DNA of 64,000 nucleotides from Eledone cirrhosa (lineage: Eukaryota). This document shows, one piece after another, positions 52,346 to 64,000 of the stretch. Numbering within the stretch: position 1 is the stretch's first letter; each line of letters opens with the position of its first letter. The stretch is from the NCBI GenBank assembly GCA_964016885.1, contig OZ024743.1, positions 359,724,001 through 359,788,000 on the forward strand, in the 5' to 3' direction. The notes under the pieces were generated by a model. It was not told the origin of the DNA and ran no database searches. It saw only the letters and a program-made list of their open reading frames with translations. Both the position numbers and the translations under genes were made by a program.

Positions 52346-53355
52346 AATCTTTAAAAATCTCCCCAGTGAATTTAACAAAGAACTTACTAGATCTACAACA
52401 CCAAATTGTAAAATCGTAGTATTACAAAATTAAATTAAGTTGTTTAGAACTACAAGGGAAGTAATTCTTTTTCCTTTTTTAAAAATGTATGTATATATAT
52501 ATTACATAAGATAACCTGGCTCCACTCAGAATGGAAACAAAATTTCTGGCACCAATGGCTTAACAGATATTTAGCAGTTTTTCTTGTAATTTGTGAACAT
52601 TTGAAATACGTATGACATAAAGTGTAAATGAAAACATCAGATACACTATGTTTGCTTTATATGGTTTGCATACAAAGCGATATATCGACATGTTTTTAAA
52701 TAAACTAAAAAATATCAAACCCATTTTCTTTATTTAGTATTGTTTACTTCTAAGTTTCGAAGTACAAAAATCTTAGTGAATACAACGGCCATCAATTTTC
52801 TGAAACCAATTTGTTTTTCATGAGAGCAGAAATCGAATCATACATCAAAAGATATTAAAAACAAGCAATGAAGTTGTTCAATTATTCTTGTACATTTGTT
52901 TCCTTTGTTTTTGTAACTTATTTTCATTTATCAGCTCGTCATTTTTTATTTTATTTTTGGACACGTTGTACAAGGAAAAAATGATAATACGTTTATGAGA
53001 GATGCGTGATATAGCACAAACACATGTCGAAAGTCATTAACTGAACAATGTTTTATAACTGACGTTTCACAACAATGATTTACATTGGAGTCAATTTACT
53101 TGTCATTTTATAGCAATATATTTCCAGATGGGACAAGAAAAAAACATCATCAAATAAATTATCCATTTCAAAATGGCGGCGATGTTCTTTGACGTCATTC
53201 TAGTCAGTCTACGTCTGTTTTGAGGTTTGTTATATTTGCACATACAGGTACATAAATTATACTACATAGCACACAATGCTCACACAGGAACACATACAAA
53301 TATATATATGCATGTAATGTATGTATGCATGTGTGTATGTATGTCTGCATGTATG

Positions 53356-53423
<68 letters not shown>

Positions 53424-53548
53424 TGTACATATGTATGTGTGCATGTGTGAATGTTGTATGGATATATTTTTAAATATATATACATATACATGCATCTATC
53501 CATCCATCCATACATACATACATACACTCACACACTTTTGTGTGTGTG

Positions 53549-53684
<136 letters not shown>

Positions 53685-53997
53685 TATATATGTATGTGGA
53701 ATCTATATGATGACATGAACGCCTCCTCGTCAAGGTTATGCCCCCTTCCCCCCGATAATTGAATGTGTGTAAGTCATCATCTTAAAAATGTAATCATGTC
53801 TACACGCACACACATAGGCACACACAGACACAGATACACAGACGCACACACACACACTCACACACATATATATACGTGTGTGTTTGTATGCGTGCGTCTG
53901 TGTATGTGTGCGTGGGTCAGTGTGAGTGCGTCTGTATTTGTGTGTGTGAGTGTTTCTGTGTATGAGCGTCCGTCCGTACACAAGCAAGTTTTAATAG

Positions 53998-54036
<39 letters not shown>

Positions 54037-54227
54037 AATAAAGATTCAGCGAGAATCGCATTTCGGCGGGCAGGAAAAGCGATGCGAAACGCAAAAATCA
54101 GAAATGATACAGGCAAAGTGCTCAAAAGTTAAAACCCAGAGCTAAACAATGTGTTAAGAAGCCATACAAAACTGAAAAGGTGGTCAAGAAGGCAAAAACC
54201 AAATCAAGCTAATCAGGTCAAAACATA

Positions 54228-54270
<43 letters not shown>

Positions 54271-54465
54271 ATACTTGGGGAGGGTCATATTTGTGTAATA
54301 TTGCCAGAATTAATAACAGAACACACTCACTGTTTGGTTGGTTTTCGCTTATCGCTGTCTTTTATATCGGTAATCTAACTTACTCGGTCCTAATGTTGCC
54401 ATTGACTGACCGACGGTCAAAAATAATACAGATACAATATAGACACAAACACATATATATAGTTT

Positions 54466-54508
54466 ATCATAAATCTTTCGTTGCACATCTGCAACATCGT
54501 CAGTGGTG
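54466..54508 (-). ncRNA. Degenerate hammerhead motif
   Basis: CACCA-CUGACGA-U-GUUGCA(GAUG)UGCAAC-GAAA-GAUU-UA-UGAUA; core and stem II intact, stem I mismatched. Confidence 0.5.
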
Positions 54509-55399
54509 TTATATTTTCCTCCTGTTGTGTTGTATGTCTACGCCATTTTTATTCAGTCTGTCTATATATTTATTTATTTATTTGCTTGTTTGTTTATTTT
54601 ATTTCGTCTTCTTTGCGCATGCGTTTGCGTGTGTGTATAGTGTTATGTTTGCTGTGTGATGGGTGACTAGTGTGTGTTTATGTGCTTGTTGTTATTGTGC
54701 TTGTGTATGTATTTATTTATTTATCTTATTTTATTTACTTATTTATACTTCTCTTAGGTCAGTGTTGTTTGTTTGGGTGTTGTTGTTATTCCATTCATTC
54801 TTTCTGTTTAGCTTTGGTCTTCTAATTTCTATTTCACTGGCCTCTCTGATTTGCCTATCTGCTGGGTCATTTCTATGTTTAGATATTATTCTAATTTCTA
54901 TGTTGTCTATGTTACCGTCATGTTGTTGTCTAGCATGTATAACAATATTTGTTTCGACACACGATTTCATATAAAAAACCTCGCAAAACTATATATATAT
55001 TTATATAGTTTTATTTCGTAGCAGAATATTTGTGATGCTCAGTTTCAATCTAATGATAAGAGATGTGTCGCTGAGATACTTTTCCTATATCCATCAGATT
55101 TTTGTCATTTTTAAATTTGCAAAGTAGAATTAGAAGATGGAAGAAATGTCATTTATAACATACTTACATACTTATAGATTGTTTTCATTAGAGAATACTG
55201 ATGAATGGTTTATGCGAAAATCTGGTTGTTAAAATTATTGTAAATTAATGAAAAAATATAGACATATATATAGGTCAATGAACATTATGTTTGTGTCCCG
55301 AGATATACACATACATACACAGAGAAACATACACACGCAGAGAAAAACACACACACAGACACAGGCACACACGCACACACACACACATATATTTATGTA

Positions 55400-55460
<61 letters not shown>

Positions 55461-55912
55461 TGAAATTTCCGTTGAAAACAGAAAAGGTCATAGAAGTGAA
55501 GAGTGCTCTATGTAAGTATCAGAGCAAAATTATAAATATATCGAGATTGATACTTTCCTTTAATTATTACACTCCCTTACCTCTTTTACTTCCGCATCCA
55601 AGTGTACGTGTGTGTAGTTGTGTTTATGTGCGTGCCTTCATATTCTTATGATGTATCTATTCTGTCTGTAGATTACAGACATATGCTCTAAATTATATAT
55701 TTACGCACACTTTTTCACTATACGTATACATATGTGCATACACATATAAGCACATCTGTGAGCGTATATACATACATATACACACACCTAACTATTTTTC
55801 TTGAAAGATTATTATATATTTCATATTCTAATTCATTTGTCTATATCTTTTTTGTTTTTTTGTTTTTTTGCTTTTCTTGATGAGACTTTCCAAGTATTTA
55901 CCCATGTTTTAT

Positions 55913-55990
55913 ATTGCCTCGTCTGACGAACGAATGAAGACGTTTCTTTCGTATTCGCCTCATTCGGGAAACCTCTGGTAATGAGGTAAT
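55913..55990 (+). ncRNA. Type I hammerhead ribozyme motif (canonical core)
   Basis: AUUGCCUCGU-CUGACGA-A-CGAAUGA...UCAUUCG-G-GAAA-CC(UCU)GG-UA-AUGAGGUAAU; 10 bp stem I including two G-U pairs. Confidence 0.88.
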
Positions 55991-56039
55991 TATATTGTAT
56001 TGATTTTTATACATTATATATATATATATATATATATAT

Positions 56040-56097
<58 letters not shown>

Positions 56098-56100
<3 letters not shown>

Positions 56101-59100
56101 CTTTATTTGCCACAAGGGCGCAAAAGGATGGGGACAAGTATAGACTGGGGAGTTTACATATATGCGTGTAAAAAAATAGAATTAATAAATATAGCAAATA
56201 ACAAATAACAAATAACAATTAACAATTGATATCCCCAATAGGGGGGATGCGTTACACATAGGTTCTACACACCCCGAACAAATGTACAACCTTCATCTCC
56301 AGGTCCACGAAGAGCGAGCGCTCCTTTCCTCTCCTCTTCTTTTTCCTCAACCTACAGGTTTATATAGAGAGAAGACCCAACCCTCGGGCCATCCTTGCCA
56401 CATTCACCCACCTTTCCTAAACCTTGATGGGGTGCAGCACATCGCTTTTCAATCTGATTCTTCTTCTAAAATAATATTTGAAGAAGAAGTGAATCAGTTG
56501 TTCGCCGGAGAGAAGGTGTCTGACCTCAACCCTTTCCATCTCGTCCACCATATAGCCTCTTTCACCATAGCCATTACACAGAGGAAAACCGCCTCTCCTT
56601 CGTTTTTGAAGGACGGTGGTGGTTTGATTGCAATAATGGACTCGGTGGTCAACCGGATTTATCCCACCCACGACAGTAGTCGTTCTGCATAGCTCCACAG
56701 GTCGGTAACGCCGGGTAGTGTACGAATGCGTACGCGACAGTTTCCTCGCCCCGGACGCATCTCGGACAGATATTTTTTGAGGGATCCCTGCCCCGGCACC
56801 CCTGTTTGTAGAGCTTGTCTCGAACGAGTAGAGCTCCCCGGTAGATACTGCCAGGCCAGGGACTTTGGGAAGGTCCTACCGTACAGACTGGCCAGTTCGT
56901 CTTTCTCTACGCCTAGAGTTTCTCCGAGAGTGTCGTCGCATTTCCTACGGACTAACCCTTTATAGAATGACGAGGTAGAGTCTCCACTGATCGCCGGGTC
57001 CGTTTTCCAGAGGACTGTGAGCGCTTGAGCCCATTCAATGTGCCAGTCGCTCATTTTCCTCGGTCTTTGCTTGACACAGGACTGCAGCTCGGTCAGCGAG
57101 ACGAGTCGCGGGAAGGCTCGCTCCACGAACGGGGCCCACACCGGTTGTTTGGTGAGCAATACGTGGAGATGCCGTAGCCTGAGTGCGTGTTTGCGCATCG
57201 TCAAACACGACATCCCAGCCCTCCGATTGAAGGGTGTTGACAGCAGATGGATCTTCTCACCAAATGAGCACGCTTCTTCCAAAGGAATTGGAAGAGTGCG
57301 CGCTGAATTTTGGTGAGCAATTTACTTGGACATTTCTCCATTTCTGGGCGAGCGCAAACACCTTGGCCGTCACTATGTTCCAGTTTTTCTCCACCTGGAG
57401 GTCAGGTCCGAGCCAGACCCCGAGCAGCTTCCCCAGTCCCTCCGTCCAGCGTCCGACGACGCCGTCGGAAAGCATCGGTTTGTATTTCCACGTTCCGAGT
57501 TGCAAACCGACGGATTTGTCCCGGTTCAGCTTCGCTCCTGTGAACCTTTCGTATTCCTTCAGTAAGGTGCGAACCTCCCCAATTTGCGACGTGCTCGACA
57601 CCATTACTGTAACGTCGTCGGCGTAGGCCGACGCCGCTTTTCGCAGTCCCGTTTCCAACGGGATGCCCTGCAGTAGCTCCAACTCCCGCAATAGTGGCTC
57701 AAGAGTGAGTACGTACAGAAGGGAGGAGAGTGGGCATCCCTGTCGGATGGATCGCGTAATTTGGAACGGCTCCGAGAGGTAGCCATTCACCTTGACCCTT
57801 GAGCAGATGTTGCTGCTGTGCATGGCAGCAATCCAGCCCCTGAACACGGGTCCGAAGCCTGCCGCCGCGAGCACCGCATCCAGGTAACGATGGTCGACTC
57901 TATCGAATGCCTTAGACTGATCCAAATTTATCAGTGCCTCACCCAAGCCGGGTTCACAACCTACCCTTTCTACTATGTATCGCATGAGGTGGAGGTTGTC
58001 GTGTATGGACCTGGTCGGGATTGCGCATGTCTGCGCTTCTCCCACAAGATTTTCGACGACAAGCGCCAGCCTCTTTGCTAGCACCTTGGCCAAAATCTGT
58101 AACTCTGTGTTTTGCAGAGTTATGGGCCTGAAGTTACTAATGTCGTCCTCCTTGTTCTCGTCCTTCCTGACCAGCGTGACTACGCCCTTGATCACAGAAT
58201 CGGAACTCTCCCGTTCTGCTGCCAGTTGCGGTAGACCGCTTCGAGCAGACCGGAGAATAAGTCCGGCATTGCTTCGAAAAATTCGTAGGGTATACCGTAA
58301 AGACCTGGCGATTTGCGTTTGCCGCATTGTCTCAGCGCGTCTCCTATCTCAGCAGCCGAAATCGGCTTTTCGCAGAACTTTGCCTCCCCGTCGGCGAGTC
58401 GGGTCAGGCCGTCGAGGTATGCACCGAAATCCATAGCCCCTCCCGGCGCGCCACCCTGCCCGAATAGTTATGCAGAGTGCCACTGAAAGGCCGCGCACAT
58501 CTGCTCCGGTTCAAGTATTACGCGTCCGTCTTGGTCCTTCAAAGACCGAATCGTGGACTTGTTGCCACTTTTCGCCTCTGTCACTCGGGCCCAGCTAACA
58601 GCTTTGGCTCCCTCGTTTCCCAGAGCACGTGTTTTACTCCTGACAACGCAACCTTCGTGCGTTGCGTCGAAGAACTGGTTCAGGGCCGTTCTTGTCGCTA
58701 ACACGTTAGCTGCGCTGCCACTCCTAATAGCCTCTTCTACTTTATCTACCAGTTCCTTTTCAGTCTTATTCCTGTCTAACGCTAGTTCTTTACTAAAGCC
58801 TATCGATTCTAATCTAATTGCCCTCTTAAGATAGCACCACTACCCGTTGTTGACAATTTTCCCCGTCAACTGCTTCTTAACTAAAGTGCTAATCCGACTA
58901 CTGTAACGGTAGGTTCAGCTTCCAGTAGCCGGGTCCCTGCCTATGGGTTCTATAGAGGTTGACTATGCAGGTCACTAGTTTGTGATCCGAATAGGCAACC
59001 AGTTTTTATCTCCATGTTTGGACAGCTTAATATATCCCTATCCCTATCTCTAATTAGAAACCTATCTAAGTACGATATAGATGTCCCGCTGCAGTTCGTT

Positions 59101-59970
59101 CGCGTCCACAGTGGCGCTGTCGGGAAATCTAGTTGGTATCTATTGGCCAGTTGAAATCGGCCGATTAACTGTTTGAGGCTGTTAGACCCCCCTCTATCGG
59201 GACATGCTCCCACGTAATCCCAACGTGCATCTAGGATGCAATTCCAGTCCCCCACTAAAAGCAAGGATCGGGACGTTCCCAGAAAGGTCTCCAGATGTTT
59301 GAAGAAGTCTCGCCGCGATGTCGCGATACGGCCACCAATCTGAAGGCTCAACCTTCACTACTGGTGACGTCTTGGACCACCAGTCGACACTCCGGGTCCA
59401 GATGTGCCGTCTGTGTTACTAGGTCCAGGTGTTTCCGCAGCAAAACGGCAACACCACACCCACCTCCCGGCTGAGAGAGAGATCTCGAAGATGGGGGCCA
59501 GCTGCCGCTCGCTGAGGATCCTGGACTCGCAAAGACCGCCACATCCAAACTGTGCGACCTGAGGTCGTTTAAGAGTTTTCTCTGTTTCCAGGGCATTTCA
59601 AAAGGACGCGATTCTTGGGTTTGACGCATGAATTCCCCACGTCCTTATCGAAGTTTTCTTTTAGGTTTGGTTTGTCCAAACAGTTTGTAAAAGTTTTCCC
59701 TTTGGTTTTCACCGCAGGGTTTTTGGAGGTGACCTCCATTAGAATTTTGTTTTGAGTATTTATGTATGTGCATGTGTAATGTTCTTGTTGTGTTGAGTTG
59801 GTTTTTGTCTGTTGTTCTTGTGTGTGTTTTCGTTTTGTTGAAGGTGTTTGCGTTTGGAGTGTTGTCGTTGTTTTGTTTTCAGGAGGGGGGATTTTTATTT
59901 GTAATGTTTGTGTTGTTTGTATTGGTGGTTGTGTGTTTGTTGCCTTTTTGTTCGTGTTATCCCTTTTTTA
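56098..59970 (-). mobile_element. Tx1/L1-like LINE (lineage B), decayed, within (GA)n/(TC)n
   Basis: APE, RT (YADD) and C-terminal fragments collinear with 47660-51900; 3' end cccttgtggcaaataaagaaatc(tc)n; GA-rich repeats on both flanks. Confidence 0.92.
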
Positions 59971-60051
59971 GAGATACATAGAGAGAGAGATAGATTGATA
60001 GATAGATAGATAGAGAGATAGATAAATAGAGAGAGAGAGAGGGAGAGAGAG

Positions 60052-60102
<51 letters not shown>

Positions 60103-60635
60103 ATGCATACAAACATACATATGTATGCTGCTATAGCTATTGGATAAGAAATACGGTTTGCAATCACTTGGATCCAAGTACGATCACTCCACTTAGAACC
60201 GCGTGCAAGTGACATGCTTACACTCCCAAAGTTGATCAAGATTTCATGACTTTCCTTGCCAAAGCAGTTTGGAGTGAGTTGTATACATGTAAGATATAGG
60301 ACTGTGCATATCTTGGATCGGGAAACAAAAAAATTCTCTCTAAAATGCAATACATTTTCTATATGCCTTTCTCTTTAAAATACATGAAATAATATATTAG
60401 CTCCTATAGTTGTCTACATATATTTTGTATTAATATAAATGTAAATACTGATGAAACAAGACATTAGGAAATTCCGGAATTCTGTATCAATCACTATATA
60501 TAGTCAAATAACGAGATTGAACAGGCAACTATATATTTTTTATAAACATGCAGGTTTGAATTTATATGCAATAATTACATTTTGGCGTACTGGAAACGTG
60601 CAAGCATACACAATATTAAGTGCTCCTTCAATACT

Positions 60636-61125
60636 TGGATTGGCAGTATCGGTAGAAAGTCGGACGCCATGCTTTCCAGTATAGAGTTACGTCCCTTTCT
60701 GGACTGAGTTCAAATCCCGCCTAGGTTAACTTTGCCTTTCATCCTTACGGGGTCGATAAAATAAAAACCCAATAATGTACTGAATAATTGCTGGCCTTGT
60801 GCCAACAGTAGAAACAATGTACCAGTAACGCACTGGGGTCGATTCAAGCGACTTTCCGCTCCCCTTCAAATTGCTGGCCTTGTGCCTAAAGTAGAAACAA
60901 TTATTATTATTATTATTGGTTGCTGGGCGGTGGATTGGCAGTATTGGTAGAGGGTCGGACGCCATGCTTTGACGCATAAAGTTACGGCCCTTGCCATTCT
61001 GAGTTCAAATCCGGTCGAGGTTAACTTTGCCTTTCATCCATATGGGGTCGATAAAATAAAGTACCAGTAATACACTGAGGTAATTGCTGGCCTTGTGCGA
61101 AAAGTAGAAACAATTATTATTATTG
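60636..61125 (+). mobile_element. Tandem tRNA-derived SINEs
   Basis: Two heads (ggattggcagtat at ~60637 and ~60932), an extra tail at 60820-60915, and (ATT)n ends. Confidence 0.88.
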
Positions 61126-61269
61126 GTTGCTGAAGTACATAAATATGCGTTCATTAGTTTTTATTCTATTGTCAAACTGTGTTTTTTATCTGAACTTTTG
61201 ATATTGTTTTGAAGAGAATGAACTCAGCTTTCTCGTAAGCTGGTCATTTTGTCCTTAACTGTCGGCTTT

Positions 61270-63236
61270 CGTGGCTAAATTGATGGTGTTTGTTCGCAAA
61301 AACAAACACGGCGCACGTCAAAATACGTCTGCAGAAAGGAAGAGCGGTATGTTTACTCAAGAGACCAGCCAGTTTTTAATCAGCTCTGATAAACATTTAA
61401 CTTGCAGCAGCAGCAGTAGTAAATCAAGAATTTTCACTCGTGGCCGAAGACATGGGACCATAGAAGTATTCTTTGCATCCTCACAGGAAGCCAGAGAACA
61501 CGTTTGTCCCATGTTACTGCGGACAAAGGCTATGAGAGTGAGAGTGACCCATGTTCCGCCGACCAGAGAAATGCCCTGACTGATGGATGCTGTTCTCACC
61601 TACATTGAGGACGACACAAAAGCCATCAAGGTAATGAAGATAAAACAGGAAAACTGGTCCTGATCCAAGCAGACCAGAAGAACATACAGGAGATATCGCA
61701 GGTGATAGATATCGATGACGGCAGACAACTCACGGTAATCGTTGAGGGTAGAAGACCAAGGGGTCACGTGCGTGGCGATAAACTCACCTAAAGGTCTTCT
61801 GCCCTCATGGGTTGGCCAAAACATTAAGGCCATCTCTTCTGCCGTCGCCACTGGCTCAGCCAACAACAATAGCAGCAGCAATGGTAGCAGGAACACCCCC
61901 ACCACAACCACCACCCCCACCACCACCAACCACGCCAGAACTAACACTAGCGCCACCATCATCCACCATGCCACAAGCTACACCAACGGCTATGGAGGAG
62001 ATTTAACTCCCTGACCAGTTACAACTGGAAACAGATTGTAATGAGGAAGAGGGGAAGAAAACCGCAAAAGAAACAGAAAAGAAAGAACTCTCTTCCTTCT
62101 CTCTCAAAACACGAGGGCGAAACAAATAAATAAAAAAAATGAAAGATTTAAGACATCTCAGCTACTGAGAGGGAGTGTTGCGAAAAGCCGATAACAACCG
62201 CTGAAGTACGGGAGGTAATGAGTGAGAGCATGATGGGTAAATCGCCTGGTTTGGATGGTTTGCATTACGAGCTTTACGTACACAAGCAAGACTAGTTCGG
62301 CGACCGCTTTGCGGACGTCTACTGCTACTGGCCACAGAACGGGAGAACTCCCAGCTCTGTGAGCCGAAAAGCGATGGCACTGCTGAGAAAGGAGACGAAT
62401 AAGGGAGGCAACATAAATAATTTCAGGCCCATAACTCTGCTAAACGCAGAGTTCAACATTTTGGCCAAAGAGATTAGCACTTATCGTCGGTCATCTGGTG
62501 GGGGAGGCGCACACATGCGTAATTCCAGACAGATCCATCGACGACAACTTCCACCTCATGCAATACATCGTTGAGAGGGTAGCTAACAAATCTGGCACAG
62601 GTGGGGCCTTGATCAGTTTAGATCAGTCGAAAGCTTTCGATAGGCTCGACCATCGTTATCTGGGGTCTTGAGGGCTTTCAGAGGCTGGATCGCTGCCATG
62701 CACAGTGATATCTGCTCTGTGGTGAGAGTAAACGGTTGACTTTCAGAACCGTTAAACATCTTGCACAATGGCGGCGTTTAGGGGCGTCCCATGCAGACTA
62801 GGAAGGGTAGGCAGTTTTTATCTCCCTTGTTGGCTATGTCGAAAGAGTTCGTGAGATGGACGCGTTTGAAAGGGCTGAAGACGAGCACTTACCTCTTCGG
62901 TGATACGCTGATTAACCTTTTCAAATTTTATTAAAAAGGGAAAATCAAGGTGGAGAGGGAAGTGCCCTCTTCCCAGCAATTTGTTGAAAGATGGGTGAGA
63001 GAGGTGAGCATGGCACGAGTGAATGGGCCTGTTCTAAGTATATGCTTGTAGATTGGCGGGGGAAAACTGGGAAAGGCCGCTTACCTTACTGGTGGTCAGG
63101 TTCACCGAGGCTTTTTGTGGGCTTTCTCTACGTGTTTCATTTTTTTGTTATATCCTTTGTTTTTGTTATATGTTTACACGCAGAAATGCCCATTTTTACC
63201 GTCTTAACCCTTGTGGTTAATAAACACATTATTACT
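61270..63236 (+). mobile_element. Internally deleted Tx1-like LINE (lineage A) with putative ORF1 relic
   Basis: 62170-63236 matches pieces of 25340-27700. 61270-62100 has a broken ORF (RGRRHGTIEVFF..RVRVTHVPP, T/P-rich tail) in the ORF1 position; that assignment is inferred. Confidence 0.75.
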
Positions 63237-63246
63237 AGAAATAAAT

Positions 63247-63420
63247 TGTGGTGGATTGGCAGTATCAATAGAGGGTTGGACACCATGCTTCATGGTCTGA
63301 GTTCAAATCCCGCCGAAGTTAACTTTGCCTTTCATCCTGAGGCGGTCGTTAAATTAAAGCACCAATAATACACTGGAATAATTGCTGGCCGTATGCCAAA
63401 AGTAGAAACAATTATTATTA
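63247..63420 (+). mobile_element. tRNA-derived SINE
   Basis: gtggattggcagtatc...gagttcaaatcccgccg...gcctttcatcc...agtagaaacaattattatt. Confidence 0.88.
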
Positions 63421-63550
63421 GAAATAAAGAAATCATTATTTTTCTCCCTATATACGTATATGGTATATAAATGTACAGTTCCTCATATTCAATCTCTTTA
63501 TAATTAACTTATATTAGTTTAATAGAAAAAGCATCGCCATATTTCTATTT

Positions 63551-63605
63551 TACTTTGGTTCGTGGAAACGTTCCCTGGCAAAGAACGTTTCCACGAACCA
63601 AAGTA
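63551..63605. repeat. Perfect hairpin, 23 bp arms, 9 nt loop
   Basis: tactttggttcgtggaaacgttc-cctggcaaa-gaacgtttccacgaaccaaagta. Confidence 0.92.
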
Positions 63606-63830
63606 TCGTCTTCCTGTCTTCCTCCGGTTGCAACGTTTTTTGAAATATCCACTTCTGCGTTTAGAGATTGACTTTGTTAGTTTCAGAATATCCCGTTAAA
63701 GCAGCGATTCTTTGCTTAAACTTTAATCTGTTATTTTAATAAATATATATATATATATTCGGCTACGGTGGCTGTTGACTTCACAATCACTGTTTTCATT
63801 TTGTCTGGCCGCCGATATACGATCTCGCTG

Positions 63831-63877
<47 letters not shown>

Positions 63878-64000
63878 CAGGAAAGAAGATTGACATGGTT
63901 TGCTATACAAAAAAGGTTTTTAATCTCATTGCTGACAGTTGTTTCTCTGAACTGGTATGTCTAGAGATCGCTATTCGCTTGTTTTCACGTTACTCGATCG

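Overview
AT-rich, microsatellite-dense eukaryotic DNA with no recognisable intact host gene. The SINE family and repeat landscape resemble a cephalopod (octopod-like) genome; this is inference from recalled consensus features. The window is largely nested retroelement debris. It holds two near-full-length RLE-type R4/Dong-like LINEs with (TAA)n tails (15.1-19.1 kb and 20.3-24.1 kb) and two lineages of Tx1/L1-like LINEs, one ending in (ATT)n and one embedded in (TC)n/(GA)n. It also holds GIY-YIG Penelope-like elements (PLEs) in (TA)n, RTE fragments, a tRNA-derived SINE family and decayed DNA transposases. The main signal missed by the ORF track is a dense set of type I hammerhead ribozyme (HHR) motifs, folded by eye: six complete and several partial, from unrelated sequence families. 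Several carry a compensatory U3-A8 catalytic core. Also present are five fold-back palindromes at insertion junctions and an inverted ~3 kb paralogous segment that gives filled and empty sites for a PLE and a SINE. Family names and folds are from manual reading; no alignment or covariance search was run. Boundaries of decayed elements are approximate.
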